A DNA stretch of 64,000 nucleotides, from positions 5,024,001 to 5,088,000 of the forward strand of contig OY771506.1 in NCBI GenBank assembly GCA_963674705.1, in the 5' to 3' direction. Positions within the stretch are counted from its first letter, which is position 1, and each line of letters begins with the position of its first letter. A program made the position numbers and the translations under genes. The notes under the pieces are model-generated. The model made no database searches, was not told the origin of the DNA, and was given only the letters and a program-made list of their open reading frames with translations. This stretch comes from Phycisphaeraceae bacterium. Lineage in GTDB: Bacteria; Planctomycetota; Phycisphaerae; Phycisphaerales; Phycisphaeraceae. Positions 9,847-19,934 of this stretch are shown here, one piece after another.

Positions 9847-10031
9847 ATTTGGCAACCGGCGCGTTCGGTGGTTGTGGTTATTGACAGTCCCTCCGTATGT
9901 CCGTGACTGCGTGTGTTTCGTGAGACTGTCGGCGTACCGGCGATACCATCGCCAGCTTTATGGGCGGACGACGGTTGGAGGATGGGTTATGATTTGCGGA
10001 TGCTGGATGAGAAGCGGGCAGGTACAACGCG

Positions 10032-11790
10032 GATGACGGGCGAGACAGAAGCCGCGCGGCAGGCGTGGTGGATGTCGCCTGTAGGATTGATCGTGTTGAT
10101 CCTTGTGCTGCGCGTGGTGGCGCTACTGGTATTCAGTCCGTTGGGGCTGGTGTATGACGAGGCGCATTACTGGGAGTGGTCGCGGCGGCCGGACCTTTCT
10201 TATTACACGAAGGGGCCGGGCGTGGCGTGGGCGATCTTTGCGAGCACGTGGGTGTTCGGGACGTCTGTGTGGTCGGTGAAGCTGCCGGCGGTAATTGCAT
10301 CAGCGGTGTTGATGCTGGTTGGCGCGCGGTTGGGATGGCGGATCAGCGGCGGCAGGCGTGAGGCGGCGTGGTACGTAGTGGTAGCGCTGGCGGTGATGCC
10401 TGGGTATGTCGTGACGTCGATGTTGTTGACGACGGACATCTTTTACAGCGCCCTTTGGTTGATGGCGATCTGGTGTGCGTATGAAGCGTTGTATGGGGAA
10501 CGTTCTGCAAGGCAGCGCGTGTTGTGGTGGGCGGGGTGCGGATTTGTGCTGGGGTTGGCGGCGCTGTTCAAGTACACGGCGGTGCTGCTGGTGCCGGGCA
10601 TTTTGCTGGCGTGTTTGTTGGGTTCGTCGCGGCGGGATGAGCGAAGTGTTGGCAAATGCATCACTGGGGCAATACTTCCGGGGATTGCGGGGATACTTCC
10701 GGGGGTGGTGAGTTTTTCGCCGGTGTTGATCTGGAACATGCGGCAAGGCTGGCCGACGGTGAGTCATCAACTCGGGCGCGTGGGCGCGCCGGGTGGGGAT
10801 GAACAAGTGACGTGGGCGTGGTCGTGGATGTATGGGCCTGAATTCTGGGGAGCGCAGATCGGATTGCTTGCGGTTGTGGGGGTGGTGCTGATCGTGCTGT
10901 CGATCCGCTGGGCGATGCGGCGGCGGACGGAGGATGTGCAGGCCTGGGAAGCGCATCGGTTTTTGATCGTGTGTGCGTTGCCGATCCTGTTGTTCTACCT
11001 GGTGCTGAGTATATTCGTACGAGCGCAGGGAAACTGGGCGCTGGCGGGGTACAGCAGTTTGCTGGTGTTGGTGGGTCTCGCAGCGTCGGAGCAGATGCCG
11101 AAGTTTCGTAAGCGCGTCCGGCAATGGAAGGCGAAGCCTGCGCCGCGGCCGCATGAAGGTTTTTTACGCAAGAAGCCGGAGACGCTTTTTCAGGTATCGT
11201 GGCATTGGTTTGTGGGCGCGGGTGTGGCGATAGGATTGATATTGGTATTGGGGCCGTGGTTCATGACGTTACCGGGGCTGCGTGATTTGCCGGGCGCTGA
11301 AAAACTTGCGGAAAGACTGCAGGGACGCCCCACTACCGTGAATGCGATTGAGACGCAAAGACAGGCGCTGATCGGTCAAGGGATCGACCCGTTGATTGTT
11401 TGTGACAGTTATCAGAAGGCTGGGCTGCTTGCGTTTTATTTGCCGGACCGGCCGCGGACTTTTTCGGCGGTGTCGTTGCTTGGCGGGCGGCCATCGGCGT
11501 ATGATTTCTTCAAGGATACTGACCTGACAGATCCTTCACTGCGTGGGGCGGACCTGCTTTTGATCGGTGGAACGGAAGAGCGCTGGCAGGAAGCGTTGCG
11601 TTTTGATTCGATCGAGAAAGTGTCAGCCGATCCGACGATGTTCCTGGCGAGGGGGTACGCTGGAGTAAGACATGGGCATGGAGCGAAAGACAAAGCTGCA
11701 CCGGTTGATGGTGCTGACGATCTGGTTGCTGGGATTGGTGTTGATGCTGGTGATCGACTGGCCGATCGTCGAGCTGGCGGCGGAACATAA
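10032..11790 (+). CDS. ArnT/PMT-like membrane glycosyltransferase (GT39/GT83)
   Basis: YDEAHYWEWSRRPDLSYYTKGPGVAW, LAALFKYT and many TM helices. Start uncertain (9913-10071). Confidence 0.85.
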
Positions 11791-12313
11791 GCCGGATGTG
11801 TACGGCACGGATTTGTACTACGGGTTCCGCTTGTTCGGCGCGTATCCGGTGTGGCTGATCATCGGACTGGCGTTGTGGCTGATCGACCGCGCGGATGGAA
11901 GCCTGTCAAGCAAAGCGGTGAAGGAGCGGGCGCTGGCGGTCGTGTTGTCGCCGATGATCGCGGGGCTGCTTGCGGCGGTGTTGAAGCTTTTGTTACGACG
12001 TGAGCGACCGGACCTGGAGGTGATGCACTACGTGTTTCGGCCATTTTCCGAACACACGTTCATGGGCGGCGGACTGGGATTACCCAGCAGCCACAGCTCG
12101 ATCGCATTTGCGGGGATGATCACACTGGCGCGGCTGTGCCCGTCGATCCGTACACTGGCGATCACACTGGCGATCGGCACGGGCTTGCAGCGGATCATCA
12201 GCGGGGCGCACTTTCCTTCGGATGTCTACGCCGGCGCGACGGTGGGATACTTCAGCGTCGTGCTGACCTGGGCGCTGCACCGGCGGTTCGGCACGGGTTC
12301 GCTGCTGACATAG
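11672..12313 (+). CDS. PAP2 family membrane phosphatase
   Basis: PAP2 motifs KLLLRRERP, PSSH and QRIISGAHFPSDV. Overlaps the 3' end of the GT. Confidence 0.88.
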   Translation: MGMERKTKLHRLMVLTIWLLGLVLMLVIDWPIVELAAEHKPDVYGTDLYYGFRLFGAYPVWLIIGLALWLIDRADGSLSSKAVKERALAVVLSPMIAGLLAAVLKLLLRRERPDLEVMHYVFRPFSEHTFMGGGLGLPSSHSSIAFAGMITLARLCPSIRTLAITLAIGTGLQRIISGAHFPSDVYAGATVGYFSVVLTWALHRRFGTGSLLT

Positions 12314-12444
12314 CTCAACAGCGTGAAAATGTTGCTGGATGCTTCGATTTGACGCGAGCAATCGCGTTGTCCGGACCTGGGACCAAGGCCGAAACCACCT
12401 GCACTTGACCGCGTCGTGTGTAGCGGCAAGAATACCCACGTTAA

Positions 12445-12517
12445 GGGGCCGTAGCTCAATTGGGAGAGCGCTGCGTTCGCAATGCAGAGGTTGTGGGTTC
12501 GATCCCCGTCGGCTCCA
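12445..12517 (+). tRNA. tRNA-Ala (CGC)
   Basis: GGGGCCGTAGCTCAATTGGGAGAGCGCTGCGTT-CGC-AATGCAGAGGTTGTGGGTTCGATCCCCGTCGGCTCCA. G3:U70 pair present. Confidence 0.95.
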
Positions 12518-12602
12518 TTTTGGGATTTGGGTTCTGGGGTCCGTCAATCTTCAGGTGATTGGATGCTGCACCGACGCCGGTCCTGAGCGAAGCGAAGGGG
12601 TG
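12518..12602 (+). repeat. Partial third copy of the composite repeat (TTTGGGA array plus ACGCCGGTCCTGAGCGAAGCGAAGGGG)
   Basis: Core 12574-12600 differs from copies 1 and 2 at one position. Confidence 0.75.
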
Positions 12603-12704
12603 GACGATCTTTGGAGGGATCATCGTACGGGCTTACTGGTTGTGTAGCTGAAGCGACACGAGCCCTATTGCACCATCCCTCTGAGATGAGCTTACGCTAC
12701 ATAG

Positions 12705-12872
12705 CCGTCGAACATCGGCGCGGTCGGCATGCTGTTGAGCTTCGCGGTGACACTGGTGCTGGCCCCGATGTTCCCGCTGGCAAGCCAGGCGGTACACGAC
12801 CCGGTCGACTCCATACGCGAACCACACGACGCAGGCCCGGCAGTGGAAATCGAGGCGGTGGTGGAGCGCTAG
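12705..12872 (+). pseudogene. Orphan 3' fragment of a sodium:solute symporter (ActP-like) gene
   Basis: PSNIGAVGMLLSFAVTLVLAPMFP...VDSIREP resembles the last TM helix and tail of SSS-family permeases. An in-frame TAG lies immediately upstream. Confidence 0.45.
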
Positions 12873-12977
12873 TTCAGGCTGCAAAACTCACAGGTATTTA
12901 TCTTAACAGCATTGTTTATGAACATCGTGCTTATACATATAGTTCTTGCGTTACGGGTCAGGTAGACGTAGTGCGTG

Positions 12978-13539
12978 ATGTTCACCATAAAGCAGATCAT
13001 TTTTATTGTTGTAACCCTACTCGCTGCATTGCCTGTAACCACGCGTGCAGACACCATGATCGAGACCACGGTTTACAACCGTGGTGAAGGAGGGTACTAC
13101 GGGTTTCGCATCCCTATGATTATTACTGCACAAAACGGCGATCTGCTTGCTTTCGCTGAAGCACGCCAGGATAGCATAGGCGACGACGGCAATATCGATG
13201 TTGTATCTGCAGCACCTGCGAATATCCATGACGGCGCTCGCACCTGAACACTTCATTCAGAAGCTGACATTGGCTGGCGACCTGAACGGCGACGGCTTCG
13301 TGGGCCTCGACGATCTGGACCTGATCCTGAACAACTGGAATCAGACTGTAACACCAAGCGCTGCGGCCGATCCAACAGGCGACGGTTACGTCGGGCTCGA
13401 TGATCTGGACATCGTGCTGAACAACTGGAACGCGGGGACGCTGCCTGTTGACAGCGCCAACATCCCGGAGCCGGTGAGCGCCGTGCTGCTGGCGGCGGGT
13501 GGTTTGGGGCTGGTTTCACGACGTGGGGAGCTATTATAA
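12978..13539 (+). pseudogene. Internally deleted and frameshifted sialidase(GH33)-dockerin-PEP-CTERM gene
   Basis: First frame: signal peptide plus FRIP...GDLLAFAEAR...GNIDVV (sialidase N-terminus). A second frame continues LRISMTALAPEHFIQ, GDLNGDGFVGLDDLD x2, IPEPVSAVLL...RRG. Confidence 0.75.
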
Positions 13540-13781
13540 AAAGCTGCACCCCGGTCCAGCCAGCCAGACATCTGAGCTGGATTGCTAGATAACCTGTTGC
13601 CATACCAAGGCTTGGCGCACTTGACCCGATGGGTATGGGTATTGAGTCTGAGTTGACGTAAGGCTCTGGGGGCATTAATCTTCCCGATTCGAGATTACAT
13701 GCAGTAGTCCCCCCCAGCCGGCCGGCGGGATAAAGGTTCGAGCCGGCGTTAATTGTGATAGCCCACTGAGGAAGTCAAGCC

Positions 13782-13964
13782 ATGCTACCCGTACAACGTC
13801 AGACCCGGACCCAAGGCCGTAAGCGTCGGTCCCATGATGCACTCAAGCCCGTGCACGTGGCGAACTGCCCGAACTGCGGCAGCCCGCGTTTGCCGCACAC
13901 CGCGTGCAATGAATGTGGTTATGTCCGCCCGGGCCTGAAGCTCAACCTGTCCAAGGAAGACTAA
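13782..13964 (+). CDS. rpmF: 50S ribosomal protein L32 (Zn-ribbon form)
   Basis: RKRRSHDAL...CPNCG...HTACNECG. Directly upstream of plsX. Confidence 0.95.
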   Translation: MLPVQRQTRTQGRKRRSHDALKPVHVANCPNCGSPRLPHTACNECGYVRPGLKLNLSKED

Positions 13965-13968
13965 ACAC

Positions 13969-14997
13969 GTGCGAATCGCCATCGACGTCATGGGGGGCGA
14001 CAATGCCCCCGATGCGATCCTTGCCGGCGCTCTGGACGCGGTCGATCTGCTTAGCGGCAACGATCAGCTTGTCCTCGTGGGCGATGGCGATGTGATACAA
14101 GCGGGTATCGCCCAGCGCGGTCTTAGTAATGATGCGCGCCTGGAAGTCGTCGCGACGACAGAGGTCGTCGGGATGGACGAAGCGCCAGTTCAGGCGATCC
14201 GCACAAAGCAGAACAGTTCACTGGTCCGCATGGCGGAACTGGGCAGCAAGAAGGCAAAAGACAAGCAATGTGATGTGGTGATCAGCGCGGGCAACACCGG
14301 CGCGTGTGTCGCTGCGTGTCAGATGGCGATGCGTCGCTTGCCGGGCGTGCATCGCCCGGGCGTCGCGGTGCCCGTGCCGACGTTCCATGGGCCGATCGTC
14401 TTGTGTGATGTCGGCGCGAACCCTGAGCCCCGCCCCACTCACCTGCATCAATACGCCCACATGGCCCGCGTGTATGCCAGCCGAGTGCTGGGCGTTAACA
14501 ACCCGCGTGTCGCACTGATGTCGATCGGTGGCGAAGAAGGTAAAGGCAATAACCTGACGCGCGAAACCCACAAACTGATGAAGGCCGACGATTCGGTAAA
14601 TTACGTCGGCTATGTTGAAGGCCGTGACTTGTTCGCGAACAAGGCGGACGTGGTCGCCACGGAAGGCTTCACCGGCAACGTGGTGATCAAGCTGGCGGAG
14701 GGTTTGTCCGCCGGGCTGTTCCATACGATCCTCCATGAAGTGATGGAGATCAGCCCCGACCTGGCGGAGCAGTTCAAGCCGGTGATCAAAAGGATTTACG
14801 CAAAACACGACTACCATGAGTTCGGCGGAGCGCCGCTGCTGGGCGCCAACGGTGTGTGCATGATCTGCCACGGCTCCAGCGAAGCGAGAACGATCACCTC
14901 TTCCGTGAAAGCCGCGATAAATTACATGCGGCACAACGTGAATGACGGGATCATCGAAGCGCTCAGCGATCAGGCCACGGCCGAGGTACCCGCATGA
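13969..14997 (+). CDS. plsX: Phosphate acyltransferase PlsX
   Basis: MRIAIDVMGGDNAP, SAGNTGA, DVGAN, GGAPLLG, CHGSS. Confidence 0.96.
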   Translation: MRIAIDVMGGDNAPDAILAGALDAVDLLSGNDQLVLVGDGDVIQAGIAQRGLSNDARLEVVATTEVVGMDEAPVQAIRTKQNSSLVRMAELGSKKAKDKQCDVVISAGNTGACVAACQMAMRRLPGVHRPGVAVPVPTFHGPIVLCDVGANPEPRPTHLHQYAHMARVYASRVLGVNNPRVALMSIGGEEGKGNNLTRETHKLMKADDSVNYVGYVEGRDLFANKADVVATEGFTGNVVIKLAEGLSAGLFHTILHEVMEISPDLAEQFKPVIKRIYAKHDYHEFGGAPLLGANGVCMICHGSSEARTITSSVKAAINYMRHNVNDGIIEALSDQATAEVPA

Positions 14998-16001
14998 CAA
15001 CCAGCTACAGTTCTCCCGCCGGTGTCCGCATCGCGGGCACGGGGATGGCGGTCCCGCCACGCAAAGTCAGTAACGATGATCTGGCTAAGTTTGTCGATAC
15101 ATCCGACGAATGGATCCGTCCTCGCACGGGCATCGTGACCCGGCACCTCAGTGACGAAACGCAACTGACCAGCGACCTGGCCGCCGAGGCGGTGAAGCAG
15201 GCGCTCGATAACGCGGGCCTCGAACCGAAGGACCTGGACCTGCTGGTCTGTTCGACGATGACGCCGGACGTGATCTGCCCAGCGACGGCTTGCCGGGTCG
15301 TAAGCAAGATCGGCGCGATCCCCTGCGGCGCGATGGATTTGAACCTGGCGTGTACCGGCCTGGTTGCGGGCTTATCGATTGCCAACAACTTCATCATGAG
15401 CGGCGCTTTCAAGAACATCGCGGTGATCGGCGCTGACCGGCTCAGTACGATCGTGAACTGGGACGACCGGCGGACGTGCGTGCTGTTCGGTGATGCGGCG
15501 GGCGCGATGGTGCTCAGTGCATCGGATAACGCCAGCCAGCAGTGCCTCTACCAGCAACTGAATTCCGACGGCGACATGGGCGAGGTACTTTACGTACCTC
15601 GCACCGAGAGCGACATCCCCGAGCGTGGCAAGGAAAGCTTCAACGGCAAGTTCAACACGCTGCAGATGAACGGCCGCGAGGTTTACAAGTTTGCCGTCAA
15701 CGCTTTGCAGGAATGTGTGCGTAACGCACTGAATCACACCGGGCTGACCGCAGACGACATCAAGATGGTCGTCGCGCACCAGTCCAACATCCGCATGCTG
15801 CAAAGCGCGTGGAAGAAGATGGGCTTCCCGGATGAAAAGATCTACATCAACATCGACCGCTTCGGCAACACATCGGCCGCGAGCATCGGCCTGTGCATGC
15901 ACGAACTGACCGAACAAGGCACGGTCGGCGAGGGCGATTACGTGATTTTTGTCGCACAAGGCGGCGGGCTGACATGGGGGGCTAGTTTGTGGCGGTTATG
16001 A
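14994..16001 (+). CDS. fabH: 3-oxoacyl-ACP synthase III
   Basis: DTSDEWI, LACTG (Cys), LFGDAAGA, AHQSN, FGNTSAAS. Confidence 0.95.
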   Translation: MTTSYSSPAGVRIAGTGMAVPPRKVSNDDLAKFVDTSDEWIRPRTGIVTRHLSDETQLTSDLAAEAVKQALDNAGLEPKDLDLLVCSTMTPDVICPATACRVVSKIGAIPCGAMDLNLACTGLVAGLSIANNFIMSGAFKNIAVIGADRLSTIVNWDDRRTCVLFGDAAGAMVLSASDNASQQCLYQQLNSDGDMGEVLYVPRTESDIPERGKESFNGKFNTLQMNGREVYKFAVNALQECVRNALNHTGLTADDIKMVVAHQSNIRMLQSAWKKMGFPDEKIYINIDRFGNTSAASIGLCMHELTEQGTVGEGDYVIFVAQGGGLTWGASLWRL

Positions 16002-16444
16002 GAATCGCTGATGTGTAATCGTTAATTGCTAATTGTGTTAAGGGGGAACGCAATGAATCAAGACGAGATGCGTGATCGGACAAAAAGATTTGCCGTCAGA
16101 ATTGTAAAACTGGTTTCAGCATTACCCGAAAAGAAGCAGGCCAGTTACGTTTTAGGGAGACAGCTACTTAAATCCGGAACCTCAATTGGTGCGAATTACC
16201 GCGAGGCAACCAGGGCTTCTTCAAAACGGCACTTTATTACGACATTGGAAATCGCACAAAGAGAAGCCGAGGAAACGTACTACTGGTTGGAACTACTCGT
16301 CGAAACCGATACGATGAGTCACAAACGACTGGCCAAACTGATGCAAGAATGCAAAGAATTGATTGCAATACTTACCGCAGCCGTACGAACCGCAAAATCG
16401 CGTCCATAGCCGGTATATTAGCGATTAACAATTAGAGATTAGCA
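16002..16444. mobile_element. Heptamer-repeat-flanked four-helix-bundle cassette inserted between fabH and fabD
   Basis: Left arm AATCGCT-GATGTGT-AATCGTT-AATTGCT-AATTGT. Right arm ATTAGCG-ATTAACA-ATTAGAG-ATTAGCA is its inverted counterpart. Visibly more AT-rich than the flanking fab genes. Mobility is inferred. Confidence 0.55.
16053..16409 (+). CDS. Four helix bundle protein (TIGR02436 / 23S rRNA IVP, bAvd-like fold)
   Basis: RTKRFAVRIVKL...QLLKSGTSIGANYREA...SKRHFITTLEIAQREAEETYYWLELL. Confidence 0.93.
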   Translation: MNQDEMRDRTKRFAVRIVKLVSALPEKKQASYVLGRQLLKSGTSIGANYREATRASSKRHFITTLEIAQREAEETYYWLELLVETDTMSHKRLAKLMQECKELIAILTAAVRTAKSRP

Positions 16445-17380
16445 ATGCCTAGTGATAATAACATCCTGCTCTGCCCCGGCCAAGGCGCTCAACACGTTGG
16501 TATGGCCAAGGAGTGGTGCGAGGTTTCGAGCGCAGCGAAGGCTGTCTTTGATAAGGCAGTCAAAGCGCTTGGTTTCGATCTGACCAAACTCTGCTTTGAC
16601 GGTCCGGAGGATGAACTGAACCGTACGGACATGGCGCAGGTTGCGATTTATACGGCTTCGGTTGCGTGCCATCGGGCACTGGTTGAAGCGGGTGAGGTTG
16701 GTGAACCGGCATTGACTGCCGGCTTGAGCCTGGGTGAGTTCACGGCCCTGCATCTGGCCGGCGCGTTCGACTTTTTGACCGGGCTTGAACTGGTGAAACT
16801 GCGTGGCCAGGCGATGCAGGATGCGGCGGAGATGAGCGAGTCGAGCATGGTCGCGCTGGTCGGCGCCGATGAAGCAGAGGCGATGGCGCTTTGCGAAGAA
16901 GCGCTGAACGATCCGGAAAACCAGGGCGAGGAAGTGCTCGTGCCCGCGAACTTCAACTGCCCCGGGCAGGTGGTGATCAGTGGTTCGCTGAAGGCTTGTG
17001 AACGTGCTGAATCCGTCGCGGACAAGATGGGGATACGCTCCACACAGCTTGCGGTAGCCGGTGCGTTCCACTCGCCGTTGATGAGCCCGGCCGCGGATAA
17101 GCTGGCGGAGGCGTTGGATAAAGTGGACTGGAGCTTGCCGAAGGTCCCGGTGATGTCTAACGTGACCGCAAAACCGCACGAGAACGACATCGATTCGATC
17201 AAGCAGCGGCTGGTTGAACAATTGACGCACCCGGTGCGTTGGTCGCAGTGCATGGAGCACGTGCTTGCGGAAAATCCGGATGCAAGGCTGATCGAGCTGG
17301 CTCCCGGCAAGGTGCTAAGCGGGTTGATGCGTCGGATCGATCGCAAGGCCAAAGTTGAGAACTTTGCCAAGCCAAGCTAA
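16445..17380 (+). CDS. fabD: Malonyl CoA-ACP transacylase
   Basis: PGQGAQ, GLSLGE, ANFNCPGQVVISG, GAFHS. Confidence 0.96.
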   Translation: MPSDNNILLCPGQGAQHVGMAKEWCEVSSAAKAVFDKAVKALGFDLTKLCFDGPEDELNRTDMAQVAIYTASVACHRALVEAGEVGEPALTAGLSLGEFTALHLAGAFDFLTGLELVKLRGQAMQDAAEMSESSMVALVGADEAEAMALCEEALNDPENQGEEVLVPANFNCPGQVVISGSLKACERAESVADKMGIRSTQLAVAGAFHSPLMSPAADKLAEALDKVDWSLPKVPVMSNVTAKPHENDIDSIKQRLVEQLTHPVRWSQCMEHVLAENPDARLIELAPGKVLSGLMRRIDRKAKVENFAKPS

Positions 17381-17422
17381 ACAGGAACCGGGAACAGGTA
17401 AGATCAAAGGACGGCAGAGCTG

Positions 17423-18172
17423 ATGGCAGAGAAAACCGAACAACGCGTGGCAATCGTGACCGGCGCCAGCCGAGGCATCGGCGAAGCGATCGCGCATGCT
17501 TTGGCCAAGCAAGGCCGGCACGTGGTGTGCGTGGCCCGGAATGCTGAAAAGCTGGCGGCGGTCGTCGAAGCGATCAAGGCGGACGGCGGCGCGGCATCGG
17601 TCAAGACATGCGACATGTCCGACGCTGAAGCGATCAGCAACCTGATCGAGGACGTCGCCAAGGAGCACGGCCGATTGGACATCCTGGTGAATAATGCCGG
17701 GATCACACGTGACAACCTGCTGCTGCGTATGTCGGACGAGGAGTTTGACGAGGTCATCCAGACGAACCTGCGGGGCGTTTTCGTGGCCTGCCGAGCAGCG
17801 CTGCGACCGATGATGCGTGGCAAATGGGGCCGGGTTATTAACTTAGGCTCGGTTTCGGGCCTGGTGGGTAACGCGGGGCAATCGAACTACGCGGCCGCCA
17901 AAGCCGCCCTCTCGGGCTTCACCCGCTCGCTGGGCAAGGAAATGGCTTCCAAGAACATCACGGCGAACGTGGTCGCTCCGGGCTTTATTCAGACAGATAT
18001 GACGGATGTGCTGCCCCAGGCGGTCAAGGACGGGGCGATCAAGGCGATCCCGCTGGGTCGGTTCGGTCAACCGGAGGAGATCGCCTCGGCCGTGGCGTAC
18101 CTGACAAGTGAGGAGGCCGGGTATGTGACCGGTCAGGTCTTGACCGTGGACGGCGGCATGACTATGTGTTAA
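17423..18172 (+). CDS. fabG: 3-oxoacyl-ACP reductase
   Basis: TGASRGIG, NNAGITRD, YAAAK, PGFIQTDMT. Confidence 0.96.
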   Translation: MAEKTEQRVAIVTGASRGIGEAIAHALAKQGRHVVCVARNAEKLAAVVEAIKADGGAASVKTCDMSDAEAISNLIEDVAKEHGRLDILVNNAGITRDNLLLRMSDEEFDEVIQTNLRGVFVACRAALRPMMRGKWGRVINLGSVSGLVGNAGQSNYAAAKAALSGFTRSLGKEMASKNITANVVAPGFIQTDMTDVLPQAVKDGAIKAIPLGRFGQPEEIASAVAYLTSEEAGYVTGQVLTVDGGMTMC

Positions 18173-18316
18173 CAAGATTTAGAGGATCGATCCCGGAACG
18201 GTATAGGGTCTTGCCCGGTTTGGCAGGGTCGCCGGGTAACGATATATTCCAGCAACTTGAAATTGGCCAAGAGCCCCCACCGCCGCCCGAGGGTAGGTGA
18301 CCAGGAGACCAAGACT

Positions 18317-18559
18317 ATGGATGAACAGGAAATCCAGGAAAAAGTCATAGCCATCGTCGCAGAACAAATGGGCGTCGATAAGGGCGAAATCAACCGCGAC
18401 ACCAACTTCGTAAACGACCTCAACGCAGACAGCCTTGACACAGTCGAGCTGGTGATGGAGTTCGAAGACGAGTTTGAAACGTCGATCCCTGACGAGGAAG
18501 CGGAAAAGATCACGACCGTCGGCCAAGCCATCGACTTTATTAAAGAGCACGCCAAGTAA
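18317..18559 (+). CDS. acpP: Acyl carrier protein
   Basis: [27 protein letters not shown] before ATG 18317. Confidence 0.96.
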   Translation: MDEQEIQEKVIAIVAEQMGVDKGEINRDTNFVNDLNADSLDTVELVMEFEDEFETSIPDEEAEKITTVGQAIDFIKEHAK

Positions 18560-18692
18560 GCCAGGTGAGTAACCCTTTTATTGGGGTTAGCGTCCGGGAT
18601 TCACAGCAGTACGGCCCGTCGCCACAACGGGGCGGGCGGACCGCTTTACGGACGCACAAGCTGTGGCTTCCTTTGTTATTGAGAAGAAGACT

Positions 18693-19934
18693 ATGAGCGA
18701 TCGTCGCGTTGTCATCACCGGGATGGGTTGGGTTACCAGCCTGGGCGATTCTGTGGACGGGGTCTGGGACAAGCTGACCGCCGGCACAAGCGGGGTTGAC
18801 CTGATCACCCGCTTCAGCACGGATGACTTCACCACCAAGATTGGTGGGCAGGTCGCCATCGACTGGCATCCCAGCCATCTTGAAAAGCGTGAGTTGAAGC
18901 GTGTGGACCGGTTCACGGCCTACGCCCTGAACGCAACGATCGATGCGGTCAACGATTCGGGTCTGGACTTTGAAAAGGAAGACCCTTGGCGGTGCGGTTC
19001 GATCATCGGCACCGGCATCGGCGGGATCGAAGAGTTCGAGATGGGCTCGATGAAACTGCTGTCCAAGGGACCCGAGCGGGTAAGCCCGTTCACCATCCCC
19101 AAGCTGATGTGCAATGCGGCGGCGGGCAATATCTCGATCCGTTACGGGCTGCGCGGTCCCAACTCGGCGATCGCTACCGCCTGTGCGTCGGCAGCCCACG
19201 CCATCGGCGAAGCGGCTCAGAGCATCCGCCACGGCGTGTCCGACATCATGATTACAGGCGGTTCAGAAGCGGCGGTGACCCCACTGGGGGTGGCTGCATT
19301 CATCGCGCTCAAGGCGCTATCCAGGCGTAACGATCAACCGCAGAAGGCGTCACGCCCCTTTGATAAGGATCGAGACGGCTTCGTCCTTGCCGAAGGCGCC
19401 GGAATCATCGTTCTTGAAGAGCTTGAGCACGCCAAGGCGCGCGGCGCGAAGATTTACGCCGAGGTTCTGGGTTTCGGTCAATCTGCTGACGCCTCGCATA
19501 TCACCGCACCTGACGAGCAAGGACGGGGCGCGGCTCATGCCATGCAACTGGCGATTCAAGACGCCGGATTGAATCTGGAAGACCTGGACTACATCAACGC
19601 TCACGGCACGAGTACGGGTCTGGGTGATATCGCTGAGGCTCGGGCGATCAAATCACTGTTCAAGGACCACGTCAAGGACCTGGCGGTCAGCTCGACCAAG
19701 AGCATGACGGGCCACCTGCTGGGCGCTTCGGGCGGCGTCGAAGCGATCATCACCGCCAAGACGATCCAGACAGGCGTGATCCCACCCACCATCAACCTGG
19801 ACAACCCGGACGACGAGTGTGACCTGGACTTTGTGCCGCACACCGCTCGCGAGGCCCGGGTGAAGGTCGCTATGAGCAATTCGTTTGGCTTCGGCGGCCA
19901 CAATGTCAGCCTCCTGCTGGGGCAGAAACCCTGA
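18693..19934 (+). CDS. fabF: 3-oxoacyl-ACP synthase II
   Basis: RRVVITG, TACAS, NAHGTST, GHLLGA, SNSFGFGG. Confidence 0.96.
   Translation: MSDRRVVITGMGWVTSLGDSVDGVWDKLTAGTSGVDLITRFSTDDFTTKIGGQVAIDWHPSHLEKRELKRVDRFTAYALNATIDAVNDSGLDFEKEDPWRCGSIIGTGIGGIEEFEMGSMKLLSKGPERVSPFTIPKLMCNAAAGNISIRYGLRGPNSAIATACASAAHAIGEAAQSIRHGVSDIMITGGSEAAVTPLGVAAFIALKALSRRNDQPQKASRPFDKDRDGFVLAEGAGIIVLEELEHAKARGAKIYAEVLGFGQSADASHITAPDEQGRGAAHAMQLAIQDAGLNLEDLDYINAHGTSTGLGDIAEARAIKSLFKDHVKDLAVSSTKSMTGHLLGASGGVEAIITAKTIQTGVIPPTINLDNPDDECDLDFVPHTAREARVKVAMSNSFGFGGHNVSLLLGQKP

Noticed and set aside
12445..13600. Intact integrative element or prophage at tRNA-Ala (or at the other tRNAs)
   Set aside because: No integrase gene and no duplicated tRNA 3' end were found in the window.
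16053..16409. Diversity-generating retroelement or 23S rRNA intervening sequence
   Set aside because: No reverse transcriptase, TR/VR pair or rRNA gene is in the window. The dockerin-like copies differ at all base types, not only at adenines.
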